Positions 11,408 through 24,278 of a stretch of 57,840 bases of DNA are shown piece after piece (position 1 is the stretch's first letter; each line of letters starts with the position of its first letter). The notes beneath the pieces are model-generated. The model had not been told where the DNA came from and ran no database searches. It saw only the letters and a program-made list of their open reading frames with translations. A program made the position numbers and the translations under genes. This stretch comes from Elsinoe ampelina (taxonomy: Eukaryota): assembly GCA_010093995.1 (NCBI GenBank), contig ML992501.1, positions 2,871,194-2,929,033 on the forward strand. Reading direction: 5' to 3'.

Positions 11408-13566
11408 TTACTTCTTCCCCTTGTGCACCGTCTCAATAATCGTATCCACAACCGACGGATCGCTCAGCGTCGAAGTGTCACCCAATTGATCCTCCTCACC
11501 GGCCAAAATCTTCCTCAAGATTCTCCTCATGATCTTGCCCGACCTCGTCTTTGGCAGATCCGACACAATGTATACCGCCTTTGGTGCAGCGAATGGTCCA
11601 ATGCTCTTGCGTACCTGCAGGATCAGGTCCTTCCTCAGCTGATCGGTGGGCTCGTTGCCGTCCTTGAGGCCGACAAAAGCGTTGACGGCTTGGCCGGTGA
11701 GTTCGTCCTGCACGCCTACCACGGCGGCTTCGGCGACGGCGTGGTGCTCGATCAGGGCGGCTTCGATCTCGGCGGTGGAGAGGCGGTGGCCGGAAACGTT
11801 GACGACGTCGTCGACTCGGCCGCGGATCCAGTAGTAGCCTTCGTGGTCACGGGCGGCGCCATCACCGGTGAACTGGACAGGTTAGATGAGGAAGCCAACT
11901 CGGTGTTGGGAGATGCTTACGTAGTATCCCTTGTACACGTTCAGGTAGGTGTCCATGTATCTCTTGTGTGCGCCCCAGACCGTTCGTGCCATACTGGGCC
12001 ATGCCTGCTTGAATGCCAGTACACCCTCGACGTCGTTGCCGTGGATCTCCTCCCCTGAGACTGGGTCGATGATTGCGGGCTCGATGCCGAAGAAGGGAAG
12101 GGAAGCACTGCCTGGTTTGGTCGGGGTCACACCTCCGAGGGGTGTAATGACGTGGGATCCGGTCTCTGTTTGCCAGTATGTCTGGGTGAAATCAGTCCTG
12201 GCCCCTTGCAACAGTCGTCCCGGCTACTTACATCCACAATGTGCGCCTCCTGCTTGCCAACAATCTCATGGTACCACTTCCAGACCTCTGCTGCAATCGG
12301 CTCGCCGACACTACCGAGCACTCTGAGCTGCTTCATCTCATGCTTGACATGCTGATCACCTGCCCGCTTGAGGAGGCGCAGCGCTGTCGGCGCGACGTAG
12401 AATTGTGAGACGTTGTGCCTAGCGACCACTTCCCAGTACCGCGAGAAGTCAGGGTAAGCTGGGGTACCCTCGAAGACGACAGTGGCGACACCGAGAAGTA
12501 GAGGAGCGTAAACGACATAGGTGTGTCCTGTGATCCAACCCACGTCACCACCGCAGAAGAAGACGTCTTGGTCGTGAATGTCGAAAACATACTTTCCAGT
12601 CAAAGCAGCGCCGAGTAGATACCCAGCGGTCGTGTGCATGACACCCTTGGGCTTGCCTGTCGAGCCGGATGTGTAGAGGAGGAATAGTGGGTCTTCCGAG
12701 TTCATGCTCTCTGGTGCAATGTACGAAGGGTACTTTTCGAGCTCCTCGTGCCACCAGAGGTCGCGGTCCTTGGTCCATGGGATCTCCGCGCCAGTCCGCT
12801 TGTAGACAAGACAGTGGGTGATGTCAGGGCACTGCTTCAATGCCTCATCGACAATCTTCTTTGTGCCGATGACCTTGCCTCCACGCTTGCCCTCGTCTGT
12901 GGTGATGACGACCTTGGATTGAGCGTCGATGATGCGGTCGCGTAGAGAGTCGGATGAGAAACCAGCAAAGACGACCGAGTGGACTGCGCCGATACGCGAG
13001 CAAGCGAGGAAAGCGATCAAAGCCTCGGGAATCATGGGCAAGTAGAGAGCCACAGTGTCACCCTTCTTGACGCCCATCTGCTTTAATGTGTAGGCCAGCT
13101 TGCTAACTTCCCGTAAGAGCTCGCCGTATGTGATTGTCCTCCCCTCGCCAGATTCGTCTGCTTCATAGATGATGGCCGGCTTGTCTGGGTTCTTCGCCGC
13201 ATGTCGGTCAACGCAGTTGTAGGAGGCATTGAGTCGTCCTTCGAGAAACCAGGCATTGTCACCACCGGCGAGCGAGCCGGTGTGGACGGTCTGAAAGTCG
13301 CGCTCCCATGAGAGAGTCTCGCGGGCCATGCGACCCCAGAACTCATTTGGCTTCTCAATCGACTCCTTGTAGAGCTTCTGGTACTCCTCAATGCCGCTCA
13401 AGTGGGGTTTCGAATGGTGTTTTCTACACGCGTGTTAGTCGCACACAGTAAGAAGCTTTGGACTGGCGGCGCACTTGTAGAAGGCTTCTGGGACATGGTA
13501 GGTACCGACCTCGTGCGCCTCTGGCACGACAGGTCCCTTTGGCGGCTCCTGGGTTCCTTCAGACAT
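11408..13566 (-). CDS. facA: Acetyl-CoA synthetase (AMP-forming)
   Basis: [19 protein letters not shown] and [12 protein letters not shown] motifs. ATG at 13566; introns at 13474-13424, ~12230-12183 and ~11920-11873. Confidence 0.97.
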
Positions 13567-13706
13567 GGTTGTGGGTGAGGTTGAGGGGAGAGGTTTGAGA
13601 AGTGGAGAAATTGGTTTGTTTGCTCACGGACGAGCTACGGTAATACTGGCGCTGACACGGAACTCAACCCGTCGGTAGCTCTTGGTCTTGTCCGAGGGTT
13701 TGGACT

Positions 13707-13718
13707 CGGATCAATGGA
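13707..13718 (-). promoter_or_regulatory. Carbon-source-responsive element (Cat8/Sip4/FacB-type site) upstream of acetyl-CoA synthetase
   Basis: TCCATTGATCCG on the minus strand matches YCCRTTNRNCCG, 141 bp upstream of the ATG. A TCC-N8-GGA lies beside it at 13691-13704. Confidence 0.65.
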
Positions 13719-15110
13719 CAGCGGGTCTGGATCGGGATGAAGCTGTCTCGTGCGCTCGTTGCGATTCCAAATGTCAGTGAATGGGGGTTTGTGGACAGCG
13801 ATTGTTCCAGACAGAGCGGTCCTTTGTAGTCTCAAATATCGTCAGCACGCGACTGGCTCCCCTCTTGCTTATGAACAGTCGTCTCGAGGTCCAATTGCGG
13901 GCAGATGGCAGCTGGGCACATCCAAAAATGACGCCAGGTGGGATTGCTTTTCGCCCGCGCAACGCTTTGCCCCGCTGTTTCTGGTCCACACTTTTGATTT
14001 CCGGCTAACCTCAAATTGCTTCCTTCGACCCGGATGAACTATTTGTGCGGCCTGTGGTCAGCGAGAGATGCGCGGTTCAAGCGATTAGCCTAAGCGAACA
14101 CTTGATCAAGACCATGTCGTCTCCCAGATATCTCCGGATCCATTGCCATTCCTGCAGCCTCCAGGCATGCCACATGGCTGTCCCTTCTCCATGACCCTCT
14201 GACGCACCAACGGAGATGCTCCCAGCTCTCCCCACACGCTCTGACCACCAATCGAGGGGTCCCCAAAGCTGCGACTCGGTCAGGAACAAAAAGGTTGACC
14301 ACGCCCACCAGTCTGGACGGCACATGAGACACCTCCAATCATGCTCATGTCGATCAATGACTTCCTGGATCTGCCCGACGCATGGCCATCAGCTCAGACT
14401 CTTTTTTCGACAAGCCTCTGAGCTCTTGACCGTGTCTTGCATAAACTTGGCACTCCGTCATTTGCGTTCCCCGAGGTAACTTACATTAGGTCGTGCGGCT
14501 CAAAGGATCAAAGGACGAAGCTGTTCCACGCCATGGCTTTTGTTTGGTACTGCCAGACTGCCAAGGAAACTACACGCAGACAGTGCATCGTCAATCAGCA
14601 TACTATCAGTATTCGCTCTGTCACTTTGTATCCATCTGGTAACGCCAGCGATTCTCTGTCGAGCACGCTGTATCAGTGCATGAGGTGCTTCTCTTCTTTG
14701 CTGGTAGTACAAGCAAAACCATTACCGGGCCGATAAAGATGCTGGATAAGGTACCCACGCATCTACCTGGTAGTACTCGTAAGATACTCTCAGTGTCCCC
14801 AGGGTTTGACAGAAGTCAAGTATGCCCCGTTCTTCGCATCGCGTGGTCGTCGCTCATGCAGACATCTCCACATTCTACATCATCAGCAGCCCGATAGCAG
14901 CTTCGTGTTTGTCTGGTAGTATCAACGGAGGCCATCCTACTAGCATCGAGGGCTCGACGATGCAGGGACACGCAGCGTGGTATAATGCAGATGGTCGACA
15001 CACTCTTTGCATTCCTGTGGTAGTACCAACACATGCATCGCATTTCCCAGCTTCTCCAGATGTTCTTGCCCGTACATGCATCGCCATGATCCCCACTCCT
15101 CGAGCACCGC

Positions 15111-16162
15111 TTAGTTCGGTAGACACGACAGAATCGGCGCCAACTTCCTCAACACCACCGCCTGATTAGCAGCCGACGTATCCTGCTTGTTATTCCCGCC
15201 CAACGACACACTCACGAAACAACCATCACTCCTCCCCACGACGGAAGACTCAGTCGGCAACCTCGTGCCCCCACAAGTCTGCACATCAGGCGGCGTGATC
15301 AACGGCACTGCACCATTGATGCGCGTCAGGATAAACCTGAACTGGTTTGGGTTGCCACATCTCGTGGACGAGCTCTCGGGGAAATTCACGTTCAGGTACG
15401 TCAGGCGTGGAAGCAGAGGGGTGCTGGAGCGCAGCAGAGTTTGCGTCACGTTCGTGGCGAGATCGGCGTAGACGCGGGCATAGACGGGCGTCGGGGCGGT
15501 GAAGCTGATCGGGTCGCCGCTGGCGCCGGAGAAGGCGATGGCCGGGAAGCCTTGGGTGGAGGCCTCGGTGGCGGCGCCGACGGTGCCGGAGAAGAGGGTC
15601 ACGACACCGAGGTTGGCTGGGGGAAAGATTAGTGGGAGCAGCATAGTCATGGAGGTGGAGGAGACTTGCAGCCGACGTTGGGGCCCGTGACGACGAGGTC
15701 GGGGCGGGCGCCGAGGATGCGTGGGGCAATGTTGATGCCGTTCCTGACTGCGTCGACGGGGAAGGCATTCACGTAGTTGAAGCGGGCGTTGTTGGGGTCG
15801 GAGCCGATGGCGGGACTGTTGGCTGGGCAGGAGTTGAATTGGCAGGGTTGTGTGCGAGAGGTAGGGGTGGCCGATCGAGAGCCTGGGAGGAGGTCAATTG
15901 AGAAGTCTTGATGGTGGATGATATCTTGTACCTGAGCCGGACTGGTTCTCCGCTGGACCTGAGAGAACTACATTCTCGCCAGCCGCGGTGAGGGCACTGT
16001 AGAACGTTCTGATGTTCTTCTCCGCCCAACCCTATATAGATATCAGTAAGAAGCTACTGATGATGGCCCGCGACTGTCACTTACATCGTCATTAGAGAGG
16101 ACGAGATTAGCGGCGTTGGCAGCGAGCGGAAGCGCCGCAAGGACAGCGCCAGAGAAGTGCAT
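15111..16162 (-). CDS. Secreted SurE-family acid phosphatase / 5'-3'-nucleotidase
   Basis: Signal peptide MHFSGAVLAALPLAANA, then LSNDD|GWAE, PAENQSG, PDLVVTGPNVG.NLG and FSGTVGAA; three introns. Confidence 0.92.
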
Positions 16163-17869
16163 CTTGATGTGCTGAAAGTGGCGAGAGGTTGCGAGAAAGA
16201 GAAGTTATGAAACAGATACGGTCGAAGATGTTTCGCCCATCGTCACCGAGGACGTCTATGATTACTTATATACCTACCCAGATGGACGACAGCGATGGTG
16301 GCTCATCGCCATTTCCCATAATGTTTGCAGTACGCTTAAGCGGGCCAAGCAAGTGCTGTTCCTGTGCTTAAGAGCTTAATTATTTCTGTGTCTCAGCAGA
16401 TGGACCACAACCAGGGTAGACGTGGCGAGGCGTGTTCGAGAATTGGCTCATGAGTGGAGGAGGCGTTCCTCGCTTGCACCGCGAAATTGTGCCTTGGCCC
16501 GCCACGGAACGCCGGAAGCGAGGGAAGTGTCCTGCCAACCACTCACCACTTGAACTTTCGACAACTGATGCGGTCGTCTTTTGATTGCTATGTTCATGAT
16601 TTTGATGTTTATGGTGGATGAAAGCGTACTTGACCCCTCACTTCCATTGAACTACCAGAGCGCCCGCATGTAAGCGATATGCGGCCAAGCGGCCATCTTT
16701 TCACTCCATCACTGAAGATGTCCAATAGACGGGCGGTCTGTTCGCACGTCTGGCTCTCACATGTCGTCTCGGACCATCTCCTCGATGACATGCAGCTTCG
16801 ATCCGATCTCAATGCTCGTCATCATGCAGGTACGCTTCTTCGTTCGGAAGCCCCTAAAAAGTCAAACATATCATTGTCCATCAGTCACGTCTCTTCGCTG
16901 CGGTGCAACAGTTGGTGACAAGTTATTTAGCCGGCGGCTCACGCGTCTCGGTCTCAGCAGGAGCATCTCCCTCCCCCCGCCCATTATGATCACTCATCTC
17001 GTAAAGCAGTTCTTGTGGCTGTTGTGGTTGAGCTGCTCTAGCAGGTCTTCTGAGCATGTTCGAGAACATGTCTACCATGGTGGCCGACTCATAGTAGACA
17101 GGATCAGTATTGTTGTGGTAGGACGGCGGTGGTTCAGCTTTTGCTGCTTCCAACCTTCCTCCAATGCATCCTTCTTGCGCTGTCGAAACCGCATCCATGT
17201 GAACAACGTGCCTAAACCTCCTACTACTCCGACGCAGAGGACCACTATTGACCAGACGGGTAATTCGCTTCCACTTATCGCGTGCCAGAGCTCGGGCTCA
17301 TTGAAGGGATATTTTCATGAGAGTAGGGAACTCGCAAGCTCGACAGGGATTTGGACTGGGGCGAGGCATGGCCTGTCTGGGGAGAACCTGCTCAGAGACA
17401 ACGGATTGTAAGCAGCGAGAAGTGAAAGGCAAGACCCTCCATCATCCTACCATGCCCAGCGCTCAATTGAAGCACGTGGGCATGAGGTGGCCAAGCACTT
17501 CCAAGCTGGGTGATCAGCATCTCGTCCGTCAATAGCAGGTGGTAAGTTAACACAACATCAAAGGGTGTCTCAGACATTGTAGATGATACTTCTCAAGCAT
17601 GAAGGAAGCGCTTGTCTTCCGTCTTTACGATGCGGCATTCCCGAGGCAAGCATCGTGGGTGTAATTCAAGGATAAAGTAAAGGAAAGGCGGAGGCGACTT
17701 CTTGAGGTCATCGACGCAAGCAATTGATGGTGCGAGAGGCAATTGCAGAAAAGTGACAGATTCATTCCGCTGGCTTTAGACTATGCACGTCTGTGATCAA
17801 AGTCTCCTAAGCCATGATATCGCTCTGACTCCATTTTATGAATCCCACCTGGTGCCTCGTGAATGTCTT

Positions 17870-18835
17870 CTACTTCCTCATCGATGACGCTCTCCTCTTC
17901 CTGGCCTCGGTCTGCTTGGCCTTCTCCTCAGCGACACGCTTGTGGAGAATCTGGGCGTACTCGTTCTGTGAAGTGGTCAGACATGGACATCACGCCTGTG
18001 ACATGAGAACTTACGGCAGCATCCTTCTGGGCCTCTGCGCGGCGGCGCTTGATGGCGATCCTGTGGCGCTTGTGCTGGAGACGCTGGGGAGTGACGAGCC
18101 TCTGAATGCGAGGAGCCTTGGTGTATGGCTTTGCGCCCTCCTTCTTGGGGGTAACCTCACGGCGAATGACGAACTTGCGAACCTATAACCAGTCTTAGCT
18201 CAGACTCGATCCAATATAAGGATCGGCGAAGATGGAAAGGGGATACCCACATCATCTTCCTTGCTGAGACCGAAGAACCTCCTGATCTTGGTGGCACGCT
18301 TTGGTCCAAGGCGCTTGGGGTGGACAGTGTCGGTCACACCTGGAATATCGGCCTCACCACGCTTGACGATCGAGAGAGCCAAGACAGACAGATCCATACC
18401 GACGATGCAACCACGGACAGACTTCCTCTTGCGCTCTCCAGTACGGCGTGGGCGGTAACATGAGTGGCCATCGGCGAGGAGGAGCCGGACACGGGTGGGG
18501 TGCATGACACCCTGCTTCATCGGGAAACCTGATCTGATATCAGCAACAATTCCTCTCTTACTGGTGGTTGTAGGCCCTCTTCAGACCCCGCCTCGATGTC
18601 TACTGACCTTGTTTGTCGTTGCCACCGGTGATCTTGAAGACGTATCCTGTGCCGCTGTCAGCTCTTGTCCTGCTGACGACGACGAGGTCGTTTTGCCTTT
18701 AAACTCATCACCGACGCTATCGCCACTGACTTCTTGACCCATGCGGCGCTCCATGAAGACACGGAGCTTGCGCTCATCGTCGATATCAATCAGCTTCTGC
18801 GAGCCGTTGGCTGGGTATGAGATGTTCAACTTCAT
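17870..18835 (-). CDS. RPS6: 40S ribosomal protein S6 (eS6)
   Basis: [16 protein letters not shown]...[11 protein letters not shown]...RLGPKRA...ASSMRK*. Introns 18696-18647 (GC-AG), 18607-18529, 18250-18183 and 18014-17966; probable 5'-UTR intron ~18920-18855. Confidence 0.98.
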
Positions 18836-19028
18836 CTTGACGACTTCGAGATTCCTGTAATTTTTGGGTTAGCAGTTGCGCCAGAGACCAGAGCCGTTGA
18901 TTCGGAATGAATTGGCGTACCAGTGTCTCGATAGTTGTCGTTGTCGTCGTCAATTGAAGATGTCGTGGTGGACTGAAGTTCTGCGCGAAGCGTCGTGGGA
19001 GAGCCCCGAAAAGCATGTCTTGGCGCAT

Positions 19029-19040
19029 CGAAAATTTTCG
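19029..19040. promoter_or_regulatory. RRPE-like palindrome in the shared RPS6/RPL3 divergent promoter
   Basis: Perfect 12-bp palindrome CGAAAATTTTCG containing the AAAATTTT core, within the 324 bp between the two start codons. Confidence 0.6.
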
Positions 19041-19117
19041 GCGAAACCATTCCTCCGGCTCGTTTCGTGGGATGAAAGTTCTCCAACACCTTCAAAGCTG
19101 ATAGTGCAGCACATTGA

Positions 19118-20486
<1,369 letters not shown>

Positions 20487-22268
20487 AGGGTTGGTGGTTG
20501 ATGCATGGTTTTCTGACGGCGTTATTCACGTTGCAGCGCTACGAAATAGGTACCCAGGTAGCATGCAGCAGAGCGAATGAGAAGAAGTTGACATGTCCGT
20601 CTTTTTTGTCTGTATGTCTGTGCTATGTAATACCTTGTCAACGCTGCATACATCCATGGAGACAGCAGGAAGGATCTCGCCCTGTCCCTGGAGCACTGCG
20701 GTAACCCCGAATCTATTCCTCACATATTCCCAGAGGTCTTTCGTAGTAATCTCTGTGGTCGCCTCCGACTGCCTCACAGGGGTCATTCACTAACGAAGAC
20801 AGTGATGCCAAAAGTTGCGAATGAGGGCAAGGGTGGGTTTGGGGTTGGCCATGGGTGGGGAGCAGGATGGGTAGGAGAACAGGTGACAGGACAATAGGCA
20901 AGCAACAGGAAGGGAAATATGATGCGCTCGGGTAGTATTTAAGGACCGTCAGCATTCTATGCGCTTACCTCAGCCATGTTGGTCGAACAACATGCAACAC
21001 AAGAACAGAGGGCATAGAACTACCAGGAAACAAGTTAAAGTGTGTCGTTGAACTATTCAGAGTTTGTGGGAAGCGAGAGACTCGCTTCTTGTTCGTTACG
21101 CTTTCGTCAGACGACTCAAGCATCTTCAGATGTGGTTGAAGGTTGACGTCCTGGGCAGGATGAAGTTAAACAAACATCCCCAGATTACCAGGCAGAGCCG
21201 CAAATGTCGTCAAAAAGCAGGGGGCCCGTGACGTGCTTTGCTGCTTTTCAACGTCTCCTCTCTGTTTCGCATCTTGCTTTCTGCCTAGACTTTCAAATTT
21301 CGAGCATTTTTCGTCGACACATCGATCACAGCTCGGCCACATGACTATGAGGTGAACCACTTGTCCATCAACAAAATGCTCGCATTCTTCCAGTCAGCCA
21401 TTTCTATTCGTGTAGAGACTAGCGAAGGAACCGTCGGCCAAGACCGAACGGGAGGCCTGTATCTGCCTATTTTTTCGTTGCTACTTTCGTCACATCTCCA
21501 TCCTTCTTGTGGTTCACCGCGAGCAAAAAGGCAGTCGATGAGGATGCGACGCCATCGTTCACTCACTGCTATTCATGGCTACCAACGCAGATATTTTGTC
21601 TTTCCACTTCTGCCGGAGACTTGCTAAAGGACACGCCTTCCGGGCATGTCTCATATCACAGGGAGAAGCTGCCGACTTAGGCAGCGGTCACGCACCAAGA
21701 ACACCGCCTCCCTGGTCGTGACCAAACGGTGTTTGGAGCGGTTCCTCCCTACGGACCAGCACACAGCGTAGGACTGACGAGCCATGGCTGAGCATGTCCG
21801 GACAAGGCTTCCACGCTGTGTGAGCGAATACCTATCACTTTCACCCTTTCGACACCTACGCTGGCTATTCGCGCCAACCGGGGCACTTCTGGCATCAGAG
21901 TCGTAGTGCCTTTGCCTTGGCAATGAGCAGTCAGCCACAGTCAGGGTGTCCACGGTGAGTCTTTCAAGAAAGACGCTGCTTTATTTATGGCACTAGCACC
22001 GAGCATGCCCATCTCTCTTCAATGACGCATACTTGGTCTAGTCCGCTCCTGAACTGCGGCACCGCGACTCCACCTCTTTGTGGACATGAAGCCGTAGCAG
22101 CAAGGCATGCTGCCTGATACCTCTTTTTTCCTAGAATCCTTTGTCACCAGACACTCCATTTCACAACGCCCCATGACTCCCATCTGCCCCCTCAGCCACT
22201 CTCCCGTTCATATATGTAGGTCTGTCCCCTCCTCTCATGCCTCTGGTAGTAATCTTGTGTTGCTGAAG

Positions 22269-23914
22269 ATGCAGAATATCACTATGAACATCACAGAATT
22301 TCCCTTTCTCGCCACTCTCCCTCCACTTCTTTTGAGCTACTGTATATGTCTGGCGGTATATCGGCTGTATTTCCACCCTCTTGCCCGCTTTCCGGGACCT
22401 CGACTGGCCGCTGTTTCATACTGGTACGACTTTTACTACGACTGGTTTGCTGCGGGAGGATTTGGTCGGAGCTCATTCAACGTTGAAGATCTTCACGGCA
22501 AATACGGTACGTCCAATTTTCGAGGTCTCAAGCTGATCAATACTGACACTATCAGGCCCCATCGTTCGAATCACGCCTGACGAAATTGCCTTCCAAGATC
22601 CAGATTGGTACGATACCCTGTTCAACAAAGGCCGCAGGGACAAGAGTATCCGCAACTATGCTGCCATGGGCTCTCCTGGGTCTGTAGCTCAGACAGTCGA
22701 TCATGAGCTCCATAAGATGCGACGTGCTCCACTCAACCCCTTCTTCTCCCAGAGGTCAATCATCAATCTCGAATCAATCGTCAAGTCAAAAGTAGAACAG
22801 CTCTCTCAAGGCTTTGACGGATACCTCAAGAGGAGAGAAACTCTTAACATCGGCAACGCTTTCACGGCTCTCGGCGTGGACGTCATCTGCGACTACGCCT
22901 TTGGCCAAAGCTGGGGCTGCTTGCAAGCTGGCGACTTCGGACCCCAATGGAAAAACACTCTTAATACTTTGCTTCGGGCAGTGCCTATTCTCAAGCATGT
23001 TCCGTGGCTGTTCAAGTACCTCAACGTCTTGGCCGAGACTCGACTGACCTCGGTCAATCCAAATATGGGCTCATACTCGGGCTTCAGAAAAGTTCGTGGC
23101 TTTGATGAAAGAATCAGCAGGTCCTGACTGTCTATAGCATATCCATGCACAGATCCGACGCCTCATCTCCGAGCGAGAACAAGGCCTATACAAGGCCACC
23201 AACGACAGCCAACCACGGACGGTGTTCGAAGCCGTCCTGAATTCCGACCTTCCTGCAGAGGAGAAGACTATAGCAAGAGTTTCTGATGAGGCACTTGTGC
23301 TGGTGATCGCTGGCGGCGAGACGACGGCTCAGTCGCTGACCAACCTCATCTTCCACCTTCTCGCCAATCCTATCAACATGCGACAGGTCAGGGCTGAGCT
23401 AGACGTTGTGATGCCTGATCCAACGATTCTTGCAGACTGGTCTGTCCTCGAGAGGTTACCATATTTGCACGCTTCGGTCAAGGAGACTCTACGGATCAGC
23501 AGTCTGATCACGAATCGTCCGCAAATGGTCGTTAGAGACGACGACCTGACTTACGGCGACTGGCAATTACCAGCAGGCACGACAGTGAGCATGTCAATAC
23601 CAGCTATCCACTTGGATCCCAACATTTTCGTCGACCCTAGAAAGTTCATGCCTAGTCGCTGGCTAGATGAGGGCGCAAAGCGCTTGGACGAATACTTCTT
23701 ACCATTCTCCAGAGGTAGTCGAGCTTGCGTTGGTCGGAACCTGGCATATTGCGAAATCTACCTCGCCGCTGCAGCAATCTTGCGAAGATTCGACATGGAG
23801 CTCTTCGACACTGTCCGTGAAAGGGACGTGGATGTGAGTCGAGATTGCTTGGTGGGTATGCCGGGGTACGCAAGCAAGGGAGTCAGGATAAGGATTCTTG
23901 GTAAACGGGTCTAG
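22269..23914 (+). CDS. Cytochrome P450 monooxygenase
   Basis: N-terminal anchor and HPLARFPGP, AGGETT (I-helix), ETLR (ExxR), PSRW and FSRGSRACVG (heme Cys). Introns 22507-22555 and 23092-23138. Confidence 0.95.
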
Positions 23915-24278
23915 AGATATATGGCAGCTCTTTTATTTCCTTGTTTGTTAGATACACCATTTCACATGCACATTTCACACCCCTGCTGGCTCTTGGCTGG
24001 ATTAGGAAGTTTTATGCGCATCTCCACGTGGGTTACACAGGGGGACAGGGAAGTTACGGCCCAGCACCACGGCACCGGTTTCACGAGAATTTTTTACCTT
24101 GCATCTAAACACGATCTTCTAATTCGCGAAATTCCTCTTTCACCTGAGATGACCTAGATTTGAAATCTGCGTCAAGCGGACTTGCGCGCTCAGGCGAACC
24201 CACTCAACAGCCTCTTCCACGTTGTGCTCGCCCACCAGGCATGTGAGGAGCTCTACAGCTTCCTGCCTGGCCGCAAGG

